This document shows positions 1-9,439 of a stretch of DNA of 64,000 nucleotides, in pieces. The notes under the pieces were generated by a model. That model saw only the letters and a list, made by a program, of their open reading frames with translations, was not told the origin of the DNA and made no database searches. Where the stretch lies: positions 736,001-800,000 of the forward strand of contig CBDCQT010000013.1 in the NCBI GenBank assembly GCA_965220745.1, read 5' to 3'. The position numbers and the translations under genes are program-made. The stretch is from Alphaproteobacteria bacterium (lineage in GTDB: Bacteria > Pseudomonadota > Alphaproteobacteria > UBA828). How positions within the stretch are numbered: position 1 is the stretch's first letter; every line of letters begins with the position of its first letter.

Positions 1-588
1 CGTGTGGTGCCTCTCGGCACCCTTCGGCCAGGGGATGCCGGCGATGCGGTAGGGCCGGGCCTCGGCGGGGCGGTCCCGCGGCCGCAACCGCCGCCACCAT
101 GGCAGGGTGCGATGCCTCAGCTCCTTCGCGCTTGCCAGCTCGCCGCCCCGCAAGCGCTTGCCGCGCCCCAGTCTTTGCCCCAACAGGCGCAGCCCGAAGA
201 GGACGGCGGCGGCCAGGCCCGCACAGCCGCCGCCACCGAGCAGAGCGGCATCGACGGCATCCCCCAGCAGGCGATCCCGATAGTCGAGGATCACGGGGTG
301 TCTCGTGATGGTGTCGAGGGTCATGACCAGGACGGTTCCGTCCACGTCGCGGATCTTCTTGGTCTTGTCGGGCTTGAAATCGGCAACGAGCATGAACTCG
401 CTCAGCGCGTAGACGCCGAAGACGTGCCAGTCGTGGTTGGTGTAGTCGCTGGTGGTCTTCCAGACAGCAGCGCCCAGGCCCGCGAGGATGACGCCGATGC
501 CGATCCACCAGCCGAACCTGAACCACGTGCGAAAGCCCCGGGTAGCAACCCGGAGTCCGCGACCGGTGTCGCCGCCCACCCCGGTCAT
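1..588 (-). CDS. traD: TraD-like type IV coupling protein, N-terminal part (runs off window edge)
   Basis: Hand-translated open frame from ATG 588 to base 1, absent from the ORF track: two hydrophobic segments then ...GRGKRLRGGELASAKEL...PYRIAGIPWPKGAERHHT, typical of TraD just before Walker A. ATGA overlap with the upstream gene. Confidence 0.75.
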   Translation of the reverse strand, partial: MTGVGGDTGRGLRVATRGFRTWFRFGWWIGIGVILAGLGAAVWKTTSDYTNHDWHVFGVYALSEFMLVADFKPDKTKKIRDVDGTVLVMTLDTITRHPVILDYRDRLLGDAVDAALLGGGGCAGLAAAVLFGLRLLGQRLGRGKRLRGGELASAKELRHRTLPWWRRLRPRDRPAEARPYRIAGIPWPKGAERHHT

Positions 589-1271
589 TGCGAAGCCTCC
601 ACGGCGGCAGCTGGCGGAGCGCCGGCAGCGCCCCTCCTGTCATGGACATTGCCGCCGGGAGAAGAGCCGGCCAGGTCTCTGAACCGCGCGAGCCAGCGCT
701 CTGCGGCGGCTTTGGGCGCGAGCGGGCGAATGGTGCGGCGCAGCGGCGGGAAGGGGGTTCTGCCGCCTCCCACCCCGAGGTCGCGCCTTGCCAGGGTGTT
801 CCCCTGTTCTGCCGCATCCGTCATGAGGGCGACGAAGCGGAGCACCTCGCTCCAGTCTTCCGGCGGCTCCGGGTCGAGGCCTGCGACTTCGCGCACCGCC
901 CGGTCGACAGCAGCGCCCAGCGCCTTGGCGCGTGCCGCCGCCTTGGCCGATGCGGGGAGACCCGCCTCTTCGTCGCCGAGCCAGGCGGCACGCGCGGGAG
1001 TGAGAAGTGCGTGGAGCGCCAGGCAGCGGCGGTCTTCGCCGGCGATACCCTCCAGCGCCTCGATTTCCTTGGACATGGTGATCCCGTGCCGGGCGAGCGA
1101 GAGGAAGCGCTGCGTCCGTCCGCCCCAGCGGCAGGTGTCGGCGAGCACATTGGCGATCGCCTCGACATCCACGTCGATGTCCTCGCCCTGCTCCGGATCG
1201 CCGGGCCAACGAGATGGCGGCGACTGGTTCGATGCCGGGCGCCGGCGGCGCGTGACGGGGGAGTCTGTCAT
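585..1271 (-). CDS. YfbR/phage-type HD-domain protein, catalytically degenerate
   Basis: DVEAIANVLADTCRWGGRTQRFLSLARH matches the family N-terminal motif; the expected LLHDAxEAYxGD reads LLTPARAAWLGD. Confidence 0.65.
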   Translation of the reverse strand: MTDSPVTRRRRPASNQSPPSRWPGDPEQGEDIDVDVEAIANVLADTCRWGGRTQRFLSLARHGITMSKEIEALEGIAGEDRRCLALHALLTPARAAWLGDEEAGLPASAKAAARAKALGAAVDRAVREVAGLDPEPPEDWSEVLRFVALMTDAAEQGNTLARRDLGVGGGRTPFPPLRRTIRPLAPKAAAERWLARFRDLAGSSPGGNVHDRRGAAGAPPAAAVEASQ

Positions 1272-1482
1272 CGTTTCGATCCTCGTGAAGTACCTTCAGT
1301 GCTGTTGCTCATCGGGGGCCGACTCAGGATCGGCCCCCGATGTCGTTTCGGTGGGAATGGCCGTAGCCGGAAGAGCCGGCACGGAGGCGCGAACCGCCGT
1401 GCCGGCAACCCGTCTCAGCCGCCCGTTGCCGATCCGGCCGATGCTGTCGGCGGCCGGGCCCGCGAGAACGGCTCAGGCACCG

Positions 1483-1800
1483 TCATCGCCGCCCCCGGTC
1501 CGGCGGCAGACCGGCTTCGCCCCAGAACGCCGCCCGCAGAGCCTCCAAGAACTTGAATGTGAGCACCCCCAATGCGAGCAACAGCGTCCCCCCAAGCGTG
1601 AATATCAGCAGGAGGAGCAGGGTTTCGATCTCGCAGGTGCTCCAGGAGCAAAACTCCGCAGCAGTTCCCGACAGGGTCTCTTCATATTCCAACGGCAGAG
1701 GCGGGGACGTCTCCGCATATGCCGGGGCGGCCTGCGGCATGACCGGCGCAGGCTCCCCGGTCTGCCTGCCCGGCGGCAGACCGGCGCCGACCGTCATCAC
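1483..1800 (-). CDS. small hypothetical membrane protein
   Basis: 105 aa with one long hydrophobic stretch; start overlaps the stop of the HTH gene. Confidence 0.4.
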   Translation of the reverse strand: MMTVGAGLPPGRQTGEPAPVMPQAAPAYAETSPPLPLEYEETLSGTAAEFCSWSTCEIETLLLLLIFTLGGTLLLALGVLTFKFLEALRAAFWGEAGLPPDRGRR

Positions 1801-2084
1801 CGTACCCTCCCGGGGCCGTCGGCGCCCTCATCCTCGTCGTCCTCGTCATTCTCCTCGTCCCCGTCGTTCGGGATCGGACCCTGCAGCCCGTCGTCGGAGG
1901 TTGAATGCCTGCGCCGCTTCGACGCCCACTTGATGACATCGGAAAGCAGATAGCGCACGACGCCTTCGAGGTCATAGTAAGGCGGACCCCCACCGCGGGA
2001 GCGGTAGCTCTCCAGCGTGCGCGGGCTCAGGCCCAGGTACTCCGCCACCCTCTTGGTGGATATGAACTGAGTGTTCTCGTCCAT
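1797..2084 (-). CDS. excisionase/AlpA-like helix-turn-helix protein with acidic tail
   Basis: MDENTQFISTKRVAEYLGLSPRTLESYRSRGGGPPY...VRY, HTH_17-type pattern; purine-rich RBS upstream of ATG 2084. Confidence 0.8.
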   Translation of the reverse strand: MDENTQFISTKRVAEYLGLSPRTLESYRSRGGGPPYYDLEGVVRYLLSDVIKWASKRRRHSTSDDGLQGPIPNDGDEENDEDDEDEGADGPGRVR

Positions 2085-2578
2085 TTCTTTCTCCCATGTG
2101 TCCTGACGCATCGACCGCAACAGGCGTGACGCCGTCCCCGACCGAGTCCCGCACCTGGCTCCACCGCGCTCGCGGTGTTCGCCATCAAGGCACCCACCCT
2201 GTGGTCGGTGCCGGGCGTCGGGACCCGTCCCCGCCCCGGCCTGAGCACGAAGCCGGGACTGCTCATTGCCTTCTCGCCGAGCCTTTTCGCCTTTATGCCG
2301 GTCTCCTCGATGAGGGCCTCGGCCTCCCGCAGGAAGCAGGAGCCGACGGGCTCCAGGTTCATGGAGGCCGGCACCGTGTCGGCAGTGCCGAGGCGCACGT
2401 CCAAGCCCCGACCGAGGCGGCCAGAGCATGACGCGTCGCCGGGCACGGCGCTGCCGAGGGCGCAATACCAGAGCTTCTTGCTGTCGATGTTCGCCTCGAT
2501 GCTGTGCGCCTCGGTGCTGTCGATCGGCGCCTGCCAGCTGCCTGGGGTAATGCGGTCGATGTGGAGTGACGTGCTCAT
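2027..2578 (-). CDS. degenerate tandem-HTH (Cro-like) protein, possibly decaying
   Basis: Two repeats of a GDxSF-RLxxGxxxRLGTAD-like motif; paralogous to 2860-3200. Confidence 0.45.
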   Translation of the reverse strand: MSTSLHIDRITPGSWQAPIDSTEAHSIEANIDSKKLWYCALGSAVPGDASCSGRLGRGLDVRLGTADTVPASMNLEPVGSCFLREAEALIEETGIKAKRLGEKAMSSPGFVLRPGRGRVPTPGTDHRVGALMANTASAVEPGAGLGRGRRHACCGRCVRTHGRKKWTRTLSSYPPRGWRSTWA

Positions 2579-2859
2579 GGAGAGAACATATAGGCAACAC
2601 TTCTATCTATGCAATTGTATGGAATCGGAGATTGGATGTAGCATTTGGCATAAAGCGACGACATAAGGTGTCAGGAGTACTCAGGAGTACCATCTAGTAC
2701 GACGATCACTTTTTTGTGATGCCAGCACGGCTCCCTTCCGGGAGCGAGATCGCGCTTGCCATCGACCGCAAGCGCTACAGGGTCGGCGGTCAGGGGGAAT
2801 TCGGAAAGCCGAGGGTGCCTGCCGCCGGAGACATCGGGATGCCCGCGGAACTCCTCAGA

Positions 2860-3200
2860 TGGCGAGACCGAACACCCGCGCCACGTGCCGAGCTTCAGGG
2901 ACCTTCCCTTCTTCAGCCTGAGCGCGAAGCTGGGATCGCCAGCACTTCCTCGCCGGGCACATGCGGCTCGATGCCGGTCTCCTGGAGGAAGGCATCGAGC
3001 TTCCGCAGGAAGCGTGGGCCGATCGGCTCCAGCCTCACGTAGGTCAGCTCCTTGTCGGCGGTGCGAAGACGCACCTCCGAGCCCTGGCCGAGCCGGCCGA
3101 GAAAGGACGCATCGCCAAGCGCGGCCAAGCCGAAACCGGCACGCGAGAGCTTCTCGCGATAGCCCGCTGGTCCCGAGCGATGATCACGCCACATGCTGCC
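2860..3200 (-). pseudogene. frameshifted tandem-HTH paralog
   Basis: GFGLAALGDASFLGRLGQGSEVRLRTAD...EEVL continues as GDPSFALRLKKGRSLKLGT only after a frameshift near 2939. Boundaries approximate. Confidence 0.55.
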
Positions 3201-3365
3201 GTCATTGAACCAACATGAAACGGCCTCTTTCCCCGCACCGCTGATTGATCTCTCCGGTCGGTACGGCAACCAAGTCTGCGTACGACTTTACTGTTGACCC
3301 ATTTTGCGCGATGGAGGCTCATGCCGATCACTTGAGAATCGGATCAGCTGCTCCATGCTTGATGC

Positions 3366-6300
3366 ATGAACATCGGTGCCGCAGTCTCGGGCAGCCTCTT
3401 TGCCAACGATTTCCTTTGTGAATCCGTTGGCCAGACGCCTGACTGGCAGGATCTGAACGCAACCTCATTCGACGCATTCGAGGCGGCGTTGCGGGCCATC
3501 GTTGACAACTTCCCCTTCGCCGGCGCGCCCAACGAGAGCCAGACAGAGGACGACCTGATCTGGCCCGTGCTCGGGGTCCTTGGCTGGTCGGCCAGCCTGC
3601 GGCAGCAAAACCTCAGCGCACACGGCATGACGGACGTGCCGGATGGCTTGCTGTTCGCGGACGAGGCGACGAAGGGCCAAGCCAACCGCTTCGCCCAGGA
3701 GTGGAGGCGCTACGAGCTTGGCCTTGCGGTGGTGGAGTCCAAACGCTGGCAGCGCCCGCTCGACCGCCGCTCCGGGAGAGCCGGCGAGGAGACGGCGCCA
3801 TCGACCCAGATGCTGCGCTATCTGCGGCGCGTCGACGATCTCACCACCGGCAGGCTGCGCTGGGGCATTCTCACCAACGGCGCACGCTGGCGGCTCTACT
3901 ACCAGGGCGCGCGCTCGGTGTCTGAGCAGTTCTTCGAGGTCGATCTCCCGGCGATCCTCGACCTCCCCGGCCACAACGACGGCCTCTTCGCCCTCGACGA
4001 CGCGGAGCGGCGCCACTGCCTCAAGCTGTTCGCGCTGGTCTTCCGGCGCGAGGCCTTCCTGCCCGGTGCGGTGGACGAGCGCACCTTCCATCAGCGCGCC
4101 ATCGAGGAAGGCCGCTTCTACGAGGAGCGTGTTGCCGCCAGCCTCTCCGATCTGGTCTTCGGCCAGGTCTTCCCCGAGCTCGCCCGTGCGATCGCCGCCG
4201 CCGCGCCGGACTCGCCCCTGCCCGAGGTACGCGAGGCCACGCTGATCCTGCTCTATCGGCTGCTGTTCATCCTCTATGCCGAGGACCGCGACCTGCTGCC
4301 GGTCCGGGACGAGCGCTACGACGACTACGCGCTGCGCGACCGCGTTCGCGACGATATCGGTCGTCGCAAGGACCAAGGAGACACCTTCGCCGAAACCCTA
4401 ACGACCTATTGGTCGGCGGTGGACGATCTTTGCCGTGCCATCGACCAAGGCGAGGTCTCCATCGGCCTGCCGCCCTACAACGGCGGCCTGTTCGACCGCG
4501 CACGTGTGCCGCTGCTCGACCGCATCCGGCTCGGCGACCGGATGATGGCGGATGTCATCGACGCGCTTTCCTTCGAGCAGAGCGAGGCAGGGCGCCGCTA
4601 CATCAACTATCGCGATCTCGGGGTTCGCCAGCTCGGCTCGATCTACGAACGCCTTCTGGAACACGAGCTCGTCCGAGAGGGCGACGCGGTGGCCGTGCGC
4701 CCCAACATCTTCGCCCGCAAGGGCTCGGGCAGCTACTACACGCCCGACGACCTGGTGGGACTGATCGTCGAGGAGACCATCGGCCCCCTGGTGCAGGCGC
4801 GCATGGACGGCTTCATGGAAGAAGCTGGGCGCGTGCCCGAAAATGGACACGCCCGCGAGCGGGCCGTGGCGCGCCTGGCGGAACACGACCCCGCCGAGGC
4901 GATTCTCGCCGTCAAGGTCTGCGATCCCGCCATGGGATCAGGCCACTTCCTCGTCACGCTGGTGGATTATCTCGCCGACCAGGTGGTCGGCGCCATGGCC
5001 GAGGCAGAAGCGGCGGTCGAGGGCTACGTCTCGCCGCTCGCCAGCCGCATCCAGGCCATCCGCGACCGGATCGTGGCGAACGCGGAAGAGCGCAACTGGG
5101 CCTTGGACAAGGACCGGCTCGACGACCGTCACATCGTCCGACGCATGGTGCTGAAGCGCTGCGTCTACGGGGTCGACAAGAACCCGATGGCGGTGGAGCT
5201 GGCCAAAGTCGCGCTCTGGCTGCACACCTTCACCGTCGGCGCGCCGCTCAGCTTCCTGGATCACCACCTCCGCTGCGGCGACAGCCTGTTCGGCGCCTGG
5301 GCGCGGAGCGGAATCGACAAGGCGACCGACTATGGCAGCCCCCTGCTCTTGCACGGCTCAATCGCCGAAGCGGAACGGTCGGCGCGGTCGATGCAGACGA
5401 TCGAGGACCTGACCGACGCCGAGATCGCCGAGGCGCATCGCTCCGCTGAGACCTTCGCCGAGGTGGAGGCGGCAACGGCGCCCCTCGATGCCGTCCTTCG
5501 CCTCGTGCATGCCCTCGATTGGCTGGAGGTGAAGGACCGGGACGGCAAGACGGCGCTACAATCCTTCTTCGGCGGCCTGCTCGGTGATCCTATCGACATC
5601 GCGCTGGGCCAGGTAGAGGTATCGACGGAGCGAGTGGAGAGCGCGTCGTTCATCGGACTGTTGGGTGAGGCCCGGCGCATCGTCGCGGAGGAGCGCTTTC
5701 TCAACTGGCAAGCGGCGTTCCCCGGCGTTTGGTTGAACTGGCAGAGCGCGGGCCTCGAAGGCGGCTTCGACGCCGTGATCGGCAATCCGCCCTGGGACCG
5801 GATGAAGCTGCAACAGGTGGAGTGGTTCGCGACGCGGCGGCCCGAGATCGCGCTTGCGCCGCGCGCGGCCGACCGCAAGCGCATGATTGCGGCGCTGGAG
5901 CGCGACGGCGATCCGCTGGCGAGGGACTACGCGCTGGCAAGCGAGCGAGCGGCGATGGCCGTCCGTACGGCGCGGCGATCCGGCGATTATCCGCTGCTGT
6001 CGAGCGGGGACGTGAACCTCTATTCACTCTTCGTCGAGCGCGCGATGACACTCGTGAAGCCCGACGGCATGATGGGGCTCCTCACGCCCTCCGGCATTGC
6101 GTCGGACAAGACGGCCGCCCGCTTCTTCAAGGGCGTGGCGACCGAAGGGCGGCTGAAAGCGCTCTATGACTTCGAGAACCGGCGCACGCGTTATGACGCG
6201 CCGCCTTTCTTCCCCGACGTGGACAGCCGCTTCAAGTTCTGTGCCTTCGTGGCCAGCCCGTCCCCCCTCGCCGACACCGCGCGGTGCGCGTTCTTCCTGC

Positions 6301-7445
6301 AGGATATCGCAGAACTTGAAGACAGCGAGCGTTGCTTCCCGTTGACAGCGGAAGCCTTCGCGCGCGTCAACCCCAACACCGGCACGGCGCCGATCTTCCG
6401 CACCCGCCGCGATGCGGAGCTGACCACGGCGATATACGAGCGCCTGCCGGTCTTGGTCGACCGCTCGGCGGGCGAGGAGGTGAAAGCGTGGCCGGTGAGG
6501 CACGTCCGCATGTTTGACACCGACCTTGATTCGCATTGGTTCCGCTCGCGGGCGGAGCTTGAGGAGCGGGAGAGCGCGTACCCCATCAGCGGCAACCGTT
6601 TCGGCAGTCCGACCGGCGAGTGGGTGCCGCTCTACGAGGGCAAGATGGTGCAGGCGTTCGATCACCGAGCTGCAAGTGTCACCGTTAATCCGCGAAACCT
6701 GCATCGACCAGCCCAACCCGCCCCAACGACGTTAGGGCAGCACCAAGATCCGGGTTGGGTTCCCGATCCACAGTTTTGGGTCCCAGCCTCGCAGTGCGAA
6801 TATCCTGCTGGAGCGAAATGGGTTCTTGGATTCAAGCGAATTACCTCCACCACTAATTCTCGCTCGTTAATTTCATCGCTATTGCCGGCGGTCGGCTTTA
6901 ATGACCTTCTTCCCATTCTACTTCCCGATACGTTGGATCGAGGAGAGTGGCTACTTGTGGCCAACTTTAATTCTGCGCCTTTAGACTACGTGACGCGCCA
7001 AAAGGTTCAGGCCAATCATCTGAATCTCTTTATTGTTGAACAACTCCCCGTCGTCCCGCCCGAGCGCTACGAGTGCGTGCGCTTCGGGCGGAAGACGGCA
7101 GCGGAAATTGTCCTCGAGGCGGTACTTGAGCTGACTTATACGGCCCACGACATGGTGCCCTTCGCCCGCGACATGGGACATGTGGACGACGCCGGCGACG
7201 TGCTGCCGCCCTTCGTATGGGACGAAGAGCGGCGCCTCTTCCTGCGCGCGAAGCTGGACGCCGTGTTCTTCCACCTCTACGGCGTCACCGACCGCGACGA
7301 CGTGCGCTACATTTATTCCACTTTCCCCATAGTCGAGCGCGAACAGACCGTCGCCTACGGCACCTACCGCTCCCGCGACCTCTGCCTCGCCTGGATGAAC
7401 GCCCTCGCGGCTGGTGATCCAGACGCGGAAGTCACCCTGCAATAG
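3366..7445 (+). CDS. type IIG (Eco57I-like) restriction-modification enzyme, fused nuclease/N6-adenine MTase/TRD
   Basis: 1359 aa; PD...ESK nuclease motif, WGILTNG, GSYYTP, DPAMGSGHF (motif I), GNPPW (motif IV), C-terminal TRD. Confidence 0.92.
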   Translation: MNIGAAVSGSLFANDFLCESVGQTPDWQDLNATSFDAFEAALRAIVDNFPFAGAPNESQTEDDLIWPVLGVLGWSASLRQQNLSAHGMTDVPDGLLFADEATKGQANRFAQEWRRYELGLAVVESKRWQRPLDRRSGRAGEETAPSTQMLRYLRRVDDLTTGRLRWGILTNGARWRLYYQGARSVSEQFFEVDLPAILDLPGHNDGLFALDDAERRHCLKLFALVFRREAFLPGAVDERTFHQRAIEEGRFYEERVAASLSDLVFGQVFPELARAIAAAAPDSPLPEVREATLILLYRLLFILYAEDRDLLPVRDERYDDYALRDRVRDDIGRRKDQGDTFAETLTTYWSAVDDLCRAIDQGEVSIGLPPYNGGLFDRARVPLLDRIRLGDRMMADVIDALSFEQSEAGRRYINYRDLGVRQLGSIYERLLEHELVREGDAVAVRPNIFARKGSGSYYTPDDLVGLIVEETIGPLVQARMDGFMEEAGRVPENGHARERAVARLAEHDPAEAILAVKVCDPAMGSGHFLVTLVDYLADQVVGAMAEAEAAVEGYVSPLASRIQAIRDRIVANAEERNWALDKDRLDDRHIVRRMVLKRCVYGVDKNPMAVELAKVALWLHTFTVGAPLSFLDHHLRCGDSLFGAWARSGIDKATDYGSPLLLHGSIAEAERSARSMQTIEDLTDAEIAEAHRSAETFAEVEAATAPLDAVLRLVHALDWLEVKDRDGKTALQSFFGGLLGDPIDIALGQVEVSTERVESASFIGLLGEARRIVAEERFLNWQAAFPGVWLNWQSAGLEGGFDAVIGNPPWDRMKLQQVEWFATRRPEIALAPRAADRKRMIAALERDGDPLARDYALASERAAMAVRTARRSGDYPLLSSGDVNLYSLFVERAMTLVKPDGMMGLLTPSGIASDKTAARFFKGVATEGRLKALYDFENRRTRYDAPPFFPDVDSRFKFCAFVASPSPLADTARCAFFLQDIAELEDSERCFPLTAEAFARVNPNTGTAPIFRTRRDAELTTAIYERLPVLVDRSAGEEVKAWPVRHVRMFDTDLDSHWFRSRAELEERESAYPISGNRFGSPTGEWVPLYEGKMVQAFDHRAASVTVNPRNLHRPAQPAPTTLGQHQDPGWVPDPQFWVPASQCEYPAGAKWVLGFKRITSTTNSRSLISSLLPAVGFNDLLPILLPDTLDRGEWLLVANFNSAPLDYVTRQKVQANHLNLFIVEQLPVVPPERYECVRFGRKTAAEIVLEAVLELTYTAHDMVPFARDMGHVDDAGDVLPPFVWDEERRLFLRAKLDAVFFHLYGVTDRDDVRYIYSTFPIVEREQTVAYGTYRSRDLCLAWMNALAAGDPDAEVTLQ

Positions 7446-7668
7446 GAATACAGTCAGCCCAAGGCACCCAATGCCATGAATTCAAGACTCGTCCTCCGCC
7501 CCTCGGGCGCCAGGGACCGACTCCGTCGGGGCACCCAGCGATCGGTCGCTCGGTGGCGGCGCAACGAACATGGATAAGGACAAGTGATTCCGATTGTCCC
7601 GCTTCGGACTCTGCTATGGATTACGCGATGAATCCGACATGCGGGAATCGGCTTGAGGAGAATGAGCC

Positions 7669-8004
7669 ATGACAGGGACCGACGATGCGCTCTTGCAGCG
7701 TATGGTAGCCACAATCGTGAAGGAGGTGGACCCCGAACAGGTGATACTCTTCGGCTCCCGTGCGCGCGGCAACGCAGCTACGGACTCCGACGTCGATCTG
7801 GTGGTAATCGAAACCGCACCGTTCGGCGAAGAGAGGGACCGCCGCACGGAAGCAGTGCGCCTTTGGAGAGCGCTGGCGGGCTTTCGCGTTCCCAAGGACA
7901 TTCTGGTCTATAGCCGCGACGAGGCCGAATATTGGCGGCACTCCCTCAACCATGTGCTCGCGCGCGCTTTGCGCGAGGGCAGGGTCCTCTATGAGCGACC
8001 ATAG
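7669..8004 (+). CDS. minimal nucleotidyltransferase (MNT antitoxin)
   Basis: LFGSRARGNAATDSDVDL motif; overlaps the HEPN gene. Confidence 0.9.
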   Translation: MTGTDDALLQRMVATIVKEVDPEQVILFGSRARGNAATDSDVDLVVIETAPFGEERDRRTEAVRLWRALAGFRVPKDILVYSRDEAEYWRHSLNHVLARALREGRVLYERP

Positions 8005-8413
8005 GCAAGCGCGTATCCTCGTAGGAGCGGCGGAAAAGGATATCACCGCCCTGCGCGGCATGAGCGATGCCGACATCTTCGCTGACGAGATTTTCGGCTT
8101 TCATGCACAACAGGCGGTGGAAAAGCTGTTCAAGGCGTGGCTCGCTCTGTTGGGTCGAACCTACCCGCCAATCCACGACCTATCCGAACTTCTCTCGATG
8201 TTGATCGAATGCCAGTCAGACGCCGCGCGATTCGAGCCCTTGATCGAATACACTCCCTACGCCGTCCAGTTCCGCTACGGAATCGGCGACACCGGCAGCG
8301 TGCCACTCGATCGGGACGCCGCCCTTCTGGGAACAGAAGCGTTGCTTGCCGAAGTTCAGTGCAAACTGCCAGACGAAGACGACCCGACTTCGACGGTTGA
8401 TTCGCGTAAGTAG
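7991..8413 (+). CDS. HEPN-domain protein (MNT-HEPN TA partner)
   Basis: GFHAQQAVEKLFKA...PPIHDL...YAVQFRY signature. Confidence 0.88.
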   Translation: MSDHRQARILVGAAEKDITALRGMSDADIFADEIFGFHAQQAVEKLFKAWLALLGRTYPPIHDLSELLSMLIECQSDAARFEPLIEYTPYAVQFRYGIGDTGSVPLDRDAALLGTEALLAEVQCKLPDEDDPTSTVDSRK

Positions 8414-8487
8414 ATGATATTCCCCAGCTCTCATTTCTGGCACTGCATCCGGCATTTTTTCGAGCCTAGGCCGGGCTTCGTTGGCAT

Positions 8488-8700
8488 TCAGGCGAGCTGG
8501 TACGGGGTGATCGTCAGGGGCAGACCCATGGTGGCGTAGATCTGTTCCGCCGCCCGTGTCGGCTTCGAGGGAATGACGTAGCGGTTGCCCGATTGCCGGC
8601 AGCGCAGCACGGAGCATTGGCGGTGGATGAAGGCGGAGCGGATGACCTCCGGGGACATCCGCTGCTTCTGGATGGCGACGCGGTACGTCGGGTGGCAAAC
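8488..8700 (-). pseudogene. C-terminal remnant of an IS1634-like transposase
   Basis: Hand translation YRVAIQKQRMSPEVIRSAFIHRQCSVLR...RYVIPSKPTRAAEQIYATMGL...TPYQLA*; no N-terminus present. Confidence 0.6.
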
Positions 8701-8841
8701 AACAGAATCCCGTAGGTTTGTTGCGAAGTCCGCTCGCAGGCCTACGCGAGAGCTACATCGAATCCTCTTGCATTTTGCTTACGGAGAAATTCATTGTTCC
8801 AAATTATCTCGCTATAGAGACAATTTAGTCAAATTCAATCT

Positions 8842-9012
8842 CTATCGGTGCCACTGGGTCTGGTCCTTCCGCTCGCCGGTCTGGCGATCGATATAGCTCT
8901 CGTCGGTCGCGATGCTCATGTTGGCAACGCGCCCGCCGGAAGCCAGGTGGTTGACAGTGACGTCGGCGCCGAGGCGGCCGATCAACTGCGCCATGTTGAG
9001 TCCGAAAGCCAT
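8842..9012 (-). pseudogene. ssb: truncated single-stranded DNA-binding protein
   Basis: LNMAQLIGRLGAD...VANMSIATDESYID...TQWHR, then an immediate stop at the junction with AT-rich DNA. Confidence 0.85.
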
Positions 9013-9146
9013 GATTCGTCTCCTGTTCATCCTGGTTGATGACGATGGGTTGACGAACGGGTCGGGAACCTCTCTCGGTCCCCTTCCCGTTCACCTCTCC
9101 AAGGCTCCTCTCAACCTCTCCTTCGCCGTCCGCCCCGATGGCTGCC

Positions 9147-9439
9147 GGGTGGCCGACGACCTTGCCTTCGGCACGGACGAAAACGGCAGTGGAAATCACG
9201 ACTGCCGCGTCCTGAAGGTCGCAGAGTGTCGCGTCGCGGCCCGGTGCGCGTTGGCGTCGGGGTCGATTCCGTGCATCCAGGCGCTCCCGGCGGGTGGCCG
9301 GGAGCCTTGCCTGGGGTACGGACGAAACGGCGGCGGAAGTCACGACCGGAGCGTCCTGAAGGTCGCGGAGAGACGCGTCGCGTCGCGGCTGGCGTTGGCG
9401 GCGGGATCGATTCCGTGCATCCAGGCGCTCCTGGCGGGT
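9147..9439. repeat. diverged tandem duplication (~145 bp period) of the alkB 3' end and downstream DNA
   Basis: gcgtcctgaaggtcgc...tcgattccgtgcatccaggcgctcc occurs twice, with matching flanks (gggtggccg...ccttgcct...acggacgaaa). Confidence 0.9.

Noticed and set aside
4-1953. 649-aa plus-strand ORF, and similar long ORFs at 8825-11020, 13765-15723, 22134-25058, 34570-36528 and 53605-55650
   Set aside because: Shadow frames of recognisable genes in high-GC DNA; Arg/Pro/Gly-rich with no motifs.
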